From: an uncultured Acidimicrobiaceae bacterium
Lineage (GTDB): Bacteria; Actinomycetota; Acidimicrobiia; Acidimicrobiales; Salinilacustritrichaceae
Length of the DNA stretch: 51,631 nt
Direction: 5' to 3'
Assembly (NCBI GenBank): GCA_964498565.1
Contig: CAZCJT010000001.1
Coordinates: 1-51,631, forward strand
In this document: piece after piece, positions 9,411 through 19,141 of the stretch
How the letters are laid out: the number at the start of each line of letters is the position of its first letter
Numbering within the stretch: position 1 is the first letter of the stretch
Position numbers and translations under genes: made by a program
The notes under the pieces: model-generated
Seen by the model: only the letters and a program-made list of their open reading frames with translations
What the model was told of the DNA's origin: nothing
Databases searched by the model: none

Positions 9411-9944
9411 TCATCGTCTGCGTGTGTACAGCGCGGTCACCCCGCTATCGGCAGGGTCGTCGGAGTCCAGCCGGCCAGTCCACCGAAGTGCGTAGCCCGC
9501 CTTCTCCAGGGCGCGGCACGAGGGTCGGTTCGCTGCCTGCGGCGTGACGACGACCTCCTCGATGTCCGACCAGTCGGCGAACAGCCGATCGGTGAACTGC
9601 TCGATCGACTGCGTACCAAGTCCGCGTCCGAGGTGAACGCGTTCCCCGATGAGGTAGTCGATGCCGGCGGAGTGTTCGAACGCCAGCCCGGTCCCGGCGA
9701 CCGTGCCATCCCAGGCCGGGAAGTCGCTGAGGCGGTACCGCTGGATGACGCCGATGTCTTCGGCCCCGAGGGTGATGACGAAGACCTCGGTGGGCTCTTC
9801 GTCATGAATACGAGGCAGGTACTTGGCCTGGACCCGCTCGAATTCGGACGGGTCGCGCCACCACTCCTGCACGTGGTCCGCCTTGAGCCAACCCGCCAGA
9901 CGGGGAAGGTCGGATTCGGCAAGCGGACGGAAGTCGATCGCCAC
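9411..9944 (-). CDS. GNAT acetyltransferase (AAC(6')-Ib-like fold)
   Basis: FRPL..DLP.L..WL...HV.EWW, IGVIQRY, GIDYLIGE...GRGLGT, N.PS.RALEKAGY; start uncertain (9944-9974). Confidence 0.85.
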   Translation of the reverse strand: MAIDFRPLAESDLPRLAGWLKADHVQEWWRDPSEFERVQAKYLPRIHDEEPTEVFVITLGAEDIGVIQRYRLSDFPAWDGTVAGTGLAFEHSAGIDYLIGERVHLGRGLGTQSIEQFTDRLFADWSDIEEVVVTPQAANRPSCRALEKAGYALRWTGRLDSDDPADSGVTALYTRRR

Positions 9945-10037
9945 CAACTCATAATGCCCGGGGCCTGACCGCATCCACTGGAGAGAAATCCGGCCATGCC
10001 GCGTGAGGTTTTGGCCCGCGAAAAGGCCTAGTAGGGC

Positions 10038-11885
10038 ATGGAACGGTCATCGCTGTCGGGCGGAGAGCTGCTCGTCGTTCTCCTCGGCGGTCTCGCTCTG
10101 GTGGCTGGCGGCGTGGTGTGGGCCGGCGCTGCCCTGGCGGCGGCCGCCAGCGGTGTCGACTTCGAGGCGTCGCTGGCCGATGCACTGTCGGCGATCCCGG
10201 CGCTGGGATCGAACCTCGGTGACCCGGTTGCTGCGTGGCCGGAGGCTGGCGGCCTCGACTCAGTCGCAGCCCCGCTCTACTGGGTGTCCACTGCCCTCTG
10301 CTTCGCAGCGGCTCTCGCCGTCGTCGTTGTGGGTCTGCGCCTGTGGGGTCGGAGCCGTGTCGGCACCGCGCCCCGCCAGCCACTCGGCGTCGACGCGCGG
10401 GCGAGCTTCGCACGCTCCCGGGATCTGAAGCCGCTGATCGTCGAGCGTCCCGAGCCCGGCCGCTTCATCCTCGGACGATTCGGACGGCACCTCCTGGCCA
10501 GCGAGCACCGGGATCGGTCGGGGACCAGCCGTCGTCGCACACGTCCGATCGACTCGCGGGCCGGTGACCGAGGCGCGATCGCGCTCGTCGGACCGAGCCG
10601 CTCGGGCAAGACGACGGCGGTCGTCTCCGGCATCCTCGAGTGGGACGGCCCGGCGGTGCTCTCGTCGGTCAAGGACGACCTCCTCCGGGTCACTGCCGGT
10701 CACCGGGACGAGCAGGGCGACGTCGCCATATTCGACCCGACCCAGTCCACGGGTCTGGGCACAGCGGTTTGGTCACCGCTCCGCCAGGCCGGCACGACGA
10801 TGGGCGCGCAGCGGGCCGCCCGGGCGCTGGTGGAGGCAGCGCCGAAAGGCTCGAACGTCGAAGGTGGCGTGGACTTCTGGATGGCCCAGGCCGAGATGCT
10901 GCTCGCGTCCCTTCTGTTCGCTGCCCACCACACCGGCCGCGACATGGGCGTGGTTGCCGAGTGGGTGATGACCCAGGACCGACCGGGGGAGTGGGGACCT
11001 GGCGAGGTCAAGGCCGCCCTCGACCAGGTGATGGTGGACGGCACTCCCTCCGAGCAGACCGCAGCCGATGATGCGGCCCGATCGCTGCTGTCGCTGTGGG
11101 ACGACGACGAGCGCACCCGCTCGAGCGTCTACGCCACCGCCCGCACCGTCGTGTGGCCGTGGGCCGAACCCGGCATGGCTGAGTCTTCCCGAGGTGAGAG
11201 CGTCGACCTCGACTGGCTCCTCGCCGGACCAAACACGCTCTACCTGTGCTCACCGATCGAGGACCAGACCCGCCTCGCCCCGGCCTTCGGCGGGTTCCTC
11301 AACGACATCATCAAGCAGGTCTACCTCCGAGTCGCCTCGACCGGTCGGCCCCTCGATCCGCCGCTGCTGGTGGTCATCGACGAAGCGGGCAACACGCCGC
11401 TGAAGTCGATGCCGGAGTACGCGTCGACCCTGGCCGGGCTCGGGGTGCTGCTGGTGACGGTGTGGCAGTCCCTGGCCCAGATCGAGGCCACCTACGGACG
11501 CCAGACCGGCACGATCCTGTCGAACCACCTCTCCAAACTGTTCTACGCGGGGCTGTCCGACCCTGACTCGCTGCGCTACGTGGCCAGCGTCCTCGGCGAC
11601 GAGGAGGTCGAGACCACCAGCCGCACCCACGACATGAACGGCGGTCGCGGTTCCCGGCAGCTCGGCACGTCCCGGAACCCGCTGGCTGCGCCGCACGTGC
11701 TGCGCCAGATGCTCCCGGGCGACGCGCTGCTGGTCCACGGGACGTTGCCGCCTGCCCACGTCCGCACCCGCCCCTACTACCGGGAGCGCGCCTTGCGCCG
11801 CCGCGCCGCACTGGCGGTGCCCGCCCGGCCCTCGGAACGACCGTCCGCCGTCATGGAGGTGACCACCGATGCCGCAGCCAACTGA
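10038..11885 (+). CDS. virD4: VirD4/TraG type IV coupling protein
   Basis: N-terminal TMs, Walker A GPSRSGKT, SSVKDD, VVIDEAGN, VWQSLAQI..YG. Confidence 0.9.
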   Translation: MERSSLSGGELLVVLLGGLALVAGGVVWAGAALAAAASGVDFEASLADALSAIPALGSNLGDPVAAWPEAGGLDSVAAPLYWVSTALCFAAALAVVVVGLRLWGRSRVGTAPRQPLGVDARASFARSRDLKPLIVERPEPGRFILGRFGRHLLASEHRDRSGTSRRRTRPIDSRAGDRGAIALVGPSRSGKTTAVVSGILEWDGPAVLSSVKDDLLRVTAGHRDEQGDVAIFDPTQSTGLGTAVWSPLRQAGTTMGAQRAARALVEAAPKGSNVEGGVDFWMAQAEMLLASLLFAAHHTGRDMGVVAEWVMTQDRPGEWGPGEVKAALDQVMVDGTPSEQTAADDAARSLLSLWDDDERTRSSVYATARTVVWPWAEPGMAESSRGESVDLDWLLAGPNTLYLCSPIEDQTRLAPAFGGFLNDIIKQVYLRVASTGRPLDPPLLVVIDEAGNTPLKSMPEYASTLAGLGVLLVTVWQSLAQIEATYGRQTGTILSNHLSKLFYAGLSDPDSLRYVASVLGDEEVETTSRTHDMNGGRGSRQLGTSRNPLAAPHVLRQMLPGDALLVHGTLPPAHVRTRPYYRERALRRRAALAVPARPSERPSAVMEVTTDAAAN

Positions 11886-12204
11886 CCCCTACCTGCGACC
11901 GGCCCCGCCCGAGGGAACGCCGAGCCCTCCCTGCCCACCGGGTTGGGTGGCCGAACCGATCGGACGATGGGATGGCCGACCCCAGGAGGTCGTCTACCAA
12001 CCTCGCCGCCACGACATCCTCATCGTCCGCGGCGCGCCTTCCCCGAAGGTCGAGGGCGCCTTGCCTGGTACCGGCTGGTCCCAAGCGCACGCCACCGACG
12101 GCGCGCGCATGTGGGTGCGCGACCGACTGGCCCTGACCCGCGACGCCCTCGACCGGCTCCAGCACCGACCCGTCCCAGCCCGCACGCTCCAGCGCGGCCT
12201 GTGA
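11869..12204 (+). CDS. Hypothetical ICE protein
   Basis: GGAGG RBS before ATG; in operon between virD4 and ssb. Confidence 0.65.
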   Translation: MPQPTDPYLRPAPPEGTPSPPCPPGWVAEPIGRWDGRPQEVVYQPRRHDILIVRGAPSPKVEGALPGTGWSQAHATDGARMWVRDRLALTRDALDRLQHRPVPARTLQRGL

Positions 12205-12222
12205 TCCAAGGAGGACACCACC

Positions 12223-12528
12223 GTGAACTCGATCACTCTCGTCGGCAACCTCGCCGCCGATCCAACGCCGAGGCCGCTCCGTACCGGCAACGCCTGCCGG
12301 CTCCGCCTCGCCGTCGACCGCCGCAGCCAGCCCGAGGCACTCTTCGTCGACATCGACACCTTCGGCCCGCTCGCCGAGACCTGCGCCAAGCACCTCGCCA
12401 AGGGCCGCCTCGTCGCCGTGCACGGCCGCCTCGACCACGAATCCTGGCAAACCAGCGACGGCCAGCCCCGAGCGCGTCACTACGTCATCGCCTCGACTGT
12501 GGAGTTCCTCGACCGCCCCATCGGCTGA
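12223..12528 (+). CDS. ssb: Single-stranded DNA-binding protein (short, no acidic tail)
   Basis: MNSITLVGNLAADP...LAKGRLVAVHGRL..ESW...VEFLD; AGGAGG RBS. Confidence 0.9.
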   Translation: MNSITLVGNLAADPTPRPLRTGNACRLRLAVDRRSQPEALFVDIDTFGPLAETCAKHLAKGRLVAVHGRLDHESWQTSDGQPRARHYVIASTVEFLDRPIG

Positions 12529-12562
12529 TGGTGTCCGTCCACCACGACGATCGAGGGATACC

Positions 12563-15500
12563 GTGGTGACGGGTCGGAGCGCCCCGTCCAGCGGCCAACT
12601 GTCCCTGTTCGACACGCTCCCCGAGAATGGAACGGAACCGGAGGCCCACGATGCCCCACGAACTCCGCCCACCCCCCACGACCGGCACCCCGATGTGGGA
12701 GACCGACCCGGCGGACCCGGACCTGAACCGGGCCGCCCACGAGAACCCCGCCGTCGCGACCTGGCTCCACACACTGGCCAGCCTCGGCGAGACGACCATG
12801 GTCGAGAACCGGGACGACCTGCTCTACAGCCAGGCTCCCGACGCCCTCCGCCAGCAGTCGATCGAACCGACACCCGAGGCGATCGACGCCTGGGTGCGGA
12901 CCCAGCAGACGACACACGACACATAGCGTTCCGGCCGCAAGGCCAAAGAGATCTGGCTCCGCCCGGCGCCACCGCCAAGCTCGCCGCCAACCTCGCCGCG
13001 CTCGACGTCCTCGACAGCCTCCGACGCGACGCTCGCCCGCCGTCGCCGGACGAGCAGACCGTGCTTGCGCGCTGGTCCGGGTGGGGCGCCATCCCGCAGA
13101 TCTTCGACGAGAACCGTGACGACTTCGCCGACGCCCGGGAGCGAGCCCGCCGGCTCCTCGGAACCGACGAGGCGTGGGATGCGGCGCGCCGCACCACGCT
13201 CAACGCCCACTACACGAGCGCCGAGGTCATCACTGCGATCTGGACCGTCCTCGGCGAACTCGGCTTCGACGGCGGCCGCGTTCTCGAGCCCGGTTGCGGC
13301 TCCGGCAACTTCATCGGCCTCGCCCCCGACGGCGCAGAGATGGTCGGCATCGAGCTCGACCCCACCACCGCCGAGATCGCCAGCCACCTCTACGGCCCCC
13401 GAGCCCAGATCCACCAGAGCCGGTTCGAGGACTTCAGCGCCGACGAGGGATCGTTCGACGCCGCGATCGGCAATGTCCCCTTCGCCAAGCTCACCCCGCA
13501 CGACCCCCGCCACAACCCCCACCGCCTGGCGCTGCACAACTACTGCATCGCCAAGAGCCTCCACCTCGTCGCGCCCGGCGGCACCGTCGCACTGCTCACC
13601 AGCCGCTACACCCTCGACGCCCGCAATCCCACGGCCCGTCGCGTCCTCCACGAACTCGCGGACTTCGTCGGCGCCGCCCGCCTGCCCGCCGGCTCGTTCT
13701 CCGCCTCGTCTGGCACCGACGTCGTGACCGACCTCCTCATCCTCCGACGCCGACCCGACGGTCGCGAACCAGCCGATGACCGCTGGCTGGCCGTCGAACC
13801 CCTCGAGACCGCCGGCGACCCGGTCCATGTCAACACCTGGTACCGGGACCACCCCGACCTCGTCCTCGGCGAACTCGCCGTCGACCGAGGTATGTACCGA
13901 CAGCACGAGTTGACCGTCCGCGCCACCGGCGCGCTTCCCGAGCTGCTCCTCGCCGCCCGAACATCGATCGCCGAGCGGGGCGAAGCGCTCGAACTCCGAC
14001 ACGTTCCCCAGCGGTCTGCGCCGGCGGTCGAACCCCTCGCACGGCCGACCCCGGCGGCTGTCGACGAAGGCAGCTTCGTCGTCGACGGAACCGGGTTCGG
14101 ACGCATCGAGAACGGCATCGTGGTCGCCTACGAACCGAGGGTCGCCAAGGACGCCCACGAGCTCCGCCGGCTTATCGCGCTGCGTGACGCCGCCCAACAC
14201 GTACTGGCGGTCCAGGCGAACGGCGGCGACGACCATCGGCTCGCCGCCGCCCAGCGCGCCCTGAACGACACCTACGACGCCTACGCCCGCGTCTACGGAC
14301 CGCTCAACCGGTTCAAGCTCGCCCGTACCGGCCGCACCGACCCCAACTCTGGCGAGGAGCGAATGCGCCGCCTCCGACCGCGCATGGGCGGCTTCCGGGA
14401 CGATCCCGGCTGGCCGCTCGTCAGCGCGCTCGAGGTGTTCGACGACGACACCCAGCACGCGGCCAAGGCACCGATCTTCCACACCCGGGTCATCGAACCG
14501 CCGGTGCAGCGCCTCGGCGTCGACACCGCCGAAGAAGCCGTCGCCGTCTGCCTCGACGAAACCGGCCGCGTCGACCTCGACCGCATCGCCAACCTCCTCG
14601 GGACCACCGCAGAGGACGCACGGACTCGACTCGACGGCCACGTCTACGAAGACCCCGGCACCGGAGACCTCGAACCCGCCGCCCGCTACCTGTCCGGCAA
14701 CGTCCGAATGAAGTTGGACGACGCACGCACCGCCGCAGCTGCCGCCCCCCGCTTCCAAGCCAACGTCGACGCGCTCGAAGCCGTCCTCCCCGTCCAACTG
14801 GAAGCCGCCGACATCGCCGTACGCCTCGGCGTCCCATGGGTGCCACCGGAAGACGTCGAGGCGTTCTGCGCCGATGTTCTCGGTGCTCGCATCGAGATCG
14901 AGTACCTGGAGAGCCTGGGCCGCTGGGAGGTCGCAGCCCCTGCCGGCCGACGCGGCGTGGCCTTCAGTGCCGAATGGGGAACACCCCGCGCCGACGCCGT
15001 CACCCTTCTGCGGGCCTGCCTCAACCAACAGCTCCACTCCGTCTACGACGAGACCGACGACGGCCGACGGGTCCGCAACGACCCCGAGACCATCGCCGCC
15101 CGCGAGAAACAGGACGCCCTCGGCGAACGCTTCACCACCTGGGTCTGGGAAGACCCCACCCGGGCCCGCCGGCTCACGGACCGCTACAACGAGCTGTTCC
15201 GCTCGACCGTCGTCCCGCGCCACGACGGCAGCCATCTCACGCTTCCCGGCCTTGCCGCCTCGTTCACCCCACACCAACATCAGCGCGACGCCGTGGCCCG
15301 CATCCTCACCGACGGCCGCGCCCTGCTCGCTCACGCCGTCGGCGCCGGCAAGACCGCGACCATGGCCATGGCCGCCATGGAGATGCGTCGCCTCGGCCTC
15401 GCCCGCAAGCCCGCCCTCGTCGTGCCTAACCACATGCTCGAGCAGTTCGCTCGCGAGTGGCTCCAGCTGTATCCCACGGCCAAGCTCCTCATCGCCGACC

Positions 15501-17764
15501 GAGACAAACTCTCCAAGACCCAGCGCACCACCTTCGCCGCCCGGGCCACGACCGGCGACTGGGACGCCATCATCTTCAGCCAGTCCAGCTTCGTGCGGCT
15601 CCCGCTCGGACCCGACCTCCAGATCGACTATGTGGGGGAGCGCCTACGCCAACTCCGGGACGCGATCAGCCAGTCACGCGACGGCAAGTCGCTATCCGTC
15701 AAGCGACTCGAGCGGTACGTCGCCGCCGAGGAGGAACGCCTCCGATCGCTCCAGGCCAGCCATCGCAAGGACGACGGCGTCCGCTTCGAGGAGGCGGGAA
15801 TCGACCACCTCCTCGTGGATGAAGGTCATCTCTACAAGAACCGGCGGGTGGCGTCGTCGATCGAGGGGATGGCCCACAAGGGCTCCCAGCGCGCCGAGGA
15901 CCTCGACGCCAAGCTCTGGGTGCTGCGCAACCGCCACGGGCCACGAGTCGTCACCTTCGCCACGGCCACCCCGGTCGCCAACTCGATGGCCGAGCTGTGG
16001 GTCATGCAGTCCTACCTCCAGCCCGACGTCCTCGAAGCCGTCGGTCTCGGGCCCTTCGACGCGTGGGCCGCAAACTTCGGCCGCACCGTCACCGCCCTCG
16101 AGCTCGCGCCTGACGGCGCCTCGTGGCGGCTCTCCACACGCTTCGTCCGCTTCTGCAACGTCCCCGAGCTCATGGGCCTGTGGCGCCAAGTCGCCGATGT
16201 CCGCACTGCCGCCGACCTGGACCTTCCCGTCCCGTCTGTTGTCGGGGGTGGACCCGAGACCGTCGTCGTCTCCGGCAGCGATGCCCTTGCCGAGTATGTC
16301 GCTGATCTCGCCGAGCGTGCCGACCGGGTACGCAGCCGGGCCGTCGATCCGACCGAAGACAACATGCTGAAGATCACCGGGGACGGCCGGCGTGCCGCCC
16401 TCGACCTCCGCCTCGTCGACCACCTCCCCGACCCCGGCGGCAAGCTTGCAGTGGCTGCCGATCGCATCGCCCGACTCTGGGAACAGACCCGGGGCCGAGA
16501 GTTCGTCGACGCTGCCGGCTCGCCGAGCACTCGACCCGGCTCGCTCCAGCTCGTGTTCTGCGACACCTCCACACCTTCGGGCGACGGCTGGAACGCCTAC
16601 GACGAGCTGCGATCACTGCTCGTCGCCCGCGGCCTGCCTCGCGATGGCGTGCGGTTCGTCCACGAGGCCACGACCGACGAAGCCAAGGCCAAGCTCTTCG
16701 CCGCGTGCCGCGACGGCCGGGTCGCCGTGCTCCTGGGCTCGACCGAGAAGATGGGCGTCGGCACGAACGTCCAGGATCGCGCTGTCGCCCTCCACCACCT
16801 CGACTGTCCCTGGCGCCCCGCCGACATCGAACAGCGGGAAGGTCGCATCATCCGCCAGGGCAACCAGAACGATGAGGTTGCCGTCCTGCGCTACGTCACT
16901 GAGGGCAGCTTCGACACCTACATGTGGCAGACCCTCGAACGGAAGGCCGCGTTCATCGGCCAGGTCACCGGCGGCGACATCGACGGCCGCGAGGTCGACG
17001 ACATCGCCGACACCGCTCTCACCTACGCCGAGGTCAAGGCCCTGGCCACTGGCAACCCGCTCATCATGGAGAAGGCCGGCGTCGACGCTGACGTCGCTCG
17101 CCTCACGCGTCTCGAGCGCTCACACGCCGACGAGCAACACCGTCTCCGCCGAGCCGTCGAGACGGGCCAGCGTCGAGAAGCCAGCCTCCGCCACAAGGCC
17201 ACTCGCCTCGAGAAAGCCATCGCCCAGCGAACGGAGACCCGAGGTAAGGCGTTCACCATGACGATCGGCGAGCGTCGATTCACGAAGCGCGCCGACGCTG
17301 GCATCGAGCTCGCCCGGCGAGGCGTGGAACTTCTCACCGCAGCAAGCCTGATCCGGCCGGCCGTCGAGACGGTCGGCACCCTCGGCGAGCTACCGGTCGA
17401 GATCGAAGGCACCCGAGTCGTCGCCCCGGAGGTCATCGTCCGCATCGCCAACGGACTCATCGAGACCCGCTGGCCTGCTGCTGACTGGACCGCAGCCGAG
17501 ACAGGCCGCATCGTCATGGGCCTCGAGCGACGCATCCACCGCCTCGACGAGGATCTCGCCGAAGCCCGCGAAGCGATCACGACGACCGAGACCGAGGTCG
17601 ACCGCGCCAAGGCCCGACTCGGTCAACCCTTCGAGCACGCTCGGGAGCTGACCCAGGCGCGTAATCGACAGCAGGAGATCGCCGAACTGCTGACACCCGA
17701 GCCGGCGCAATCCACGCCGGCGGCCGAGACGCCCGCCCGCACCGCCGTCCCCCTGGCCAGGTAG
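12563..17764 (+). CDS. DarB-like N6-adenine methyltransferase / SNF2 helicase fusion
   Basis: VLEPGCGSGNF, GNVPF, YLSGNVR.KL, HAVGAGKT, VDEGHLYKN, TATPVANS, QREGRIIRQG. Confidence 0.9.
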   Translation: MVTGRSAPSSGQLSLFDTLPENGTEPEAHDAPRTPPTPHDRHPDVGDRPGGPGPEPGRPREPRRRDLAPHTGQPRRDDHGREPGRPALQPGSRRPPPAVDRTDTRGDRRLGADPADDTRHIAFRPQGQRDLAPPGATAKLAANLAALDVLDSLRRDARPPSPDEQTVLARWSGWGAIPQIFDENRDDFADARERARRLLGTDEAWDAARRTTLNAHYTSAEVITAIWTVLGELGFDGGRVLEPGCGSGNFIGLAPDGAEMVGIELDPTTAEIASHLYGPRAQIHQSRFEDFSADEGSFDAAIGNVPFAKLTPHDPRHNPHRLALHNYCIAKSLHLVAPGGTVALLTSRYTLDARNPTARRVLHELADFVGAARLPAGSFSASSGTDVVTDLLILRRRPDGREPADDRWLAVEPLETAGDPVHVNTWYRDHPDLVLGELAVDRGMYRQHELTVRATGALPELLLAARTSIAERGEALELRHVPQRSAPAVEPLARPTPAAVDEGSFVVDGTGFGRIENGIVVAYEPRVAKDAHELRRLIALRDAAQHVLAVQANGGDDHRLAAAQRALNDTYDAYARVYGPLNRFKLARTGRTDPNSGEERMRRLRPRMGGFRDDPGWPLVSALEVFDDDTQHAAKAPIFHTRVIEPPVQRLGVDTAEEAVAVCLDETGRVDLDRIANLLGTTAEDARTRLDGHVYEDPGTGDLEPAARYLSGNVRMKLDDARTAAAAAPRFQANVDALEAVLPVQLEAADIAVRLGVPWVPPEDVEAFCADVLGARIEIEYLESLGRWEVAAPAGRRGVAFSAEWGTPRADAVTLLRACLNQQLHSVYDETDDGRRVRNDPETIAAREKQDALGERFTTWVWEDPTRARRLTDRYNELFRSTVVPRHDGSHLTLPGLAASFTPHQHQRDAVARILTDGRALLAHAVGAGKTATMAMAAMEMRRLGLARKPALVVPNHMLEQFAREWLQLYPTAKLLIADRDKLSKTQRTTFAARATTGDWDAIIFSQSSFVRLPLGPDLQIDYVGERLRQLRDAISQSRDGKSLSVKRLERYVAAEEERLRSLQASHRKDDGVRFEEAGIDHLLVDEGHLYKNRRVASSIEGMAHKGSQRAEDLDAKLWVLRNRHGPRVVTFATATPVANSMAELWVMQSYLQPDVLEAVGLGPFDAWAANFGRTVTALELAPDGASWRLSTRFVRFCNVPELMGLWRQVADVRTAADLDLPVPSVVGGGPETVVVSGSDALAEYVADLAERADRVRSRAVDPTEDNMLKITGDGRRAALDLRLVDHLPDPGGKLAVAADRIARLWEQTRGREFVDAAGSPSTRPGSLQLVFCDTSTPSGDGWNAYDELRSLLVARGLPRDGVRFVHEATTDEAKAKLFAACRDGRVAVLLGSTEKMGVGTNVQDRAVALHHLDCPWRPADIEQREGRIIRQGNQNDEVAVLRYVTEGSFDTYMWQTLERKAAFIGQVTGGDIDGREVDDIADTALTYAEVKALATGNPLIMEKAGVDADVARLTRLERSHADEQHRLRRAVETGQRREASLRHKATRLEKAIAQRTETRGKAFTMTIGERRFTKRADAGIELARRGVELLTAASLIRPAVETVGTLGELPVEIEGTRVVAPEVIVRIANGLIETRWPAADWTAAETGRIVMGLERRIHRLDEDLAEAREAITTTETEVDRAKARLGQPFEHARELTQARNRQQEIAELLTPEPAQSTPAAETPARTAVPLAR
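12651..12926 (+). CDS. Nested +1-frame small protein (91 aa) inside the helicase 5' region
   Basis: GGAGG at 12640-12644, ATG 12651; mostly G/C-ending codons in this frame, while the helicase frame is atypical over the same bases. Confidence 0.6.
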   Translation: MPHELRPPPTTGTPMWETDPADPDLNRAAHENPAVATWLHTLASLGETTMVENRDDLLYSQAPDALRQQSIEPTPEAIDAWVRTQQTTHDT

Positions 17765-17887
17765 CCGGCGCCGTGTGATCTCGGTTCGTTGTCACGGCGG
17801 CCGTGTACTCTTAAGGCACCCGCTCGAGGCGGGCGCTCGGAGCTGGCGACATGGCTCCCCCCGATCTGAGAATCGAGGAGGGACCCG

Positions 17888-18394
17888 ATGCTCTGCACCC
17901 GCTTCAACAGGCGTACTCAGCGCCAACCGGCCAACTGCAACAGAACAGTCGCTGCGCCGCCCGAGATCGCCGCTCTACTACTCCCGGGCGAGCGACTCGT
18001 GACTGACCCCGTCGCCGCTCACGGCTGGCGCTATGAGTCGGTCGAGGTGCCTTTCGAGCGCAACACCTTGATGGTCGGAGGCCCACTTCTGTTCGTGCTC
18101 ACCGGCATCGGTTCGGCGATTCGCAACCGAAGCGCACGCAGAGCAGCCGAGGCGCAGGCGGCGCCCCGCTGGCGACCGCTCGGTCCGCTGACCGTCTTGG
18201 CCACGACAGACCGGTTGCTGGTCTGGCATCAAGACGCCTGGCGGTCTGTCTGGTACTCCGCCATCACCTCCTCGAGTTGCGAGGCTCGGCGCCTCGAGCT
18301 CACCTTTGCTGACTCTGCCCCCTATCTACTGGACGGCGCGGTGACCGCGCTGTCAGCCGCCATCGGCGCCAGCCGGCATCGCTCGGCCGTCTGA
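17888..18394 (+). CDS. Hypothetical protein (one hydrophobic segment, possible PH-like C-terminus)
   Basis: GAGGAGG RBS; VLATTDRLLV..WRSVWY pattern. Confidence 0.6.
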   Translation: MLCTRFNRRTQRQPANCNRTVAAPPEIAALLLPGERLVTDPVAAHGWRYESVEVPFERNTLMVGGPLLFVLTGIGSAIRNRSARRAAEAQAAPRWRPLGPLTVLATTDRLLVWHQDAWRSVWYSAITSSSCEARRLELTFADSAPYLLDGAVTALSAAIGASRHRSAV

Positions 18395-18398
18395 CGAG

Positions 18399-18983
18399 CT
18401 ACTCGTCCTCGGGCGCGTCGTCGAACGGCAGGAACCACTGATCCGGGTGGAGGTTGGCAGTCCCCTCGATCCTGGCGAGTTCACTTTCCGGGTCCTCGAT
18501 CCCGTCCATGCTCATGTCGAACAGCATGAGGACGTCGAGGTCGCGGAGAAGTACGTCTCGCATCAAGTCGAAGTCGTGGTCTGCGTCGCCACGAGAGGGC
18601 AGCCGGTCGAACTCGCCGCCTGACGAGTCGATGCCGCTCTCGAAGTCGGCCTCTGCATGATCGATGACGAGATGAAGGGCCATCTCCTCGCCCGTGCATC
18701 GAGTCAGGCTGAACTCGTTCACGTCGCCGGCCGCCAGCCGCTCCTCGATCAAGGCGAACGACCTGATGAAGCGATCCAGCCATGCGCCGGTCGCCCACCG
18801 ATGGGCGATAGGCGGGAGCTCGTGCAATAGGGGTTCGACGTCGCCATCGGTGAGACGCCACGTGTCCCCGCAGAACTGCGCGCCGGTCCACAGTTGGAGT
18901 GCCATCCGAGGGGAGACGTATGGGTGGTCGCCGTAGGCCTCGTCGAAGCGAGGGGCTTCTTCCGACCGTTCGGCCTCAGCCAT
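18399..18983 (-). CDS. Acidic hypothetical protein
   Basis: High-GC3 coding; CTGEEMALHL, DLDVLMLFD...DGIEDP, NLHPDQWFLPF. Confidence 0.7.
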   Translation of the reverse strand: MAEAERSEEAPRFDEAYGDHPYVSPRMALQLWTGAQFCGDTWRLTDGDVEPLLHELPPIAHRWATGAWLDRFIRSFALIEERLAAGDVNEFSLTRCTGEEMALHLVIDHAEADFESGIDSSGGEFDRLPSRGDADHDFDLMRDVLLRDLDVLMLFDMSMDGIEDPESELARIEGTANLHPDQWFLPFDDAPEDE

Positions 18984-19141
18984 ATCTCGATCGTGGCACT
19001 TGGAACGTATCCGTGGGCCGGAGATCGCTGATCTACAAGTGACGTGAGACCTACCACGCGCATTCTGAGCCAACGAGAGGAAGTCGTGAGGTGCTGGCGG
19101 GTGCCGCCGGACTCCCTCGCGGTCGCGACGAGAAGGGTCGT

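Noticed and set aside
12824-15433. 869-aa minus-strand ORF (and similar long ORFs at 686-1747, 1444-3111, 31905-33737, 37615-39036)
   Set aside because: Antisense shadows of well-supported genes, expected in high-GC DNA; no motifs
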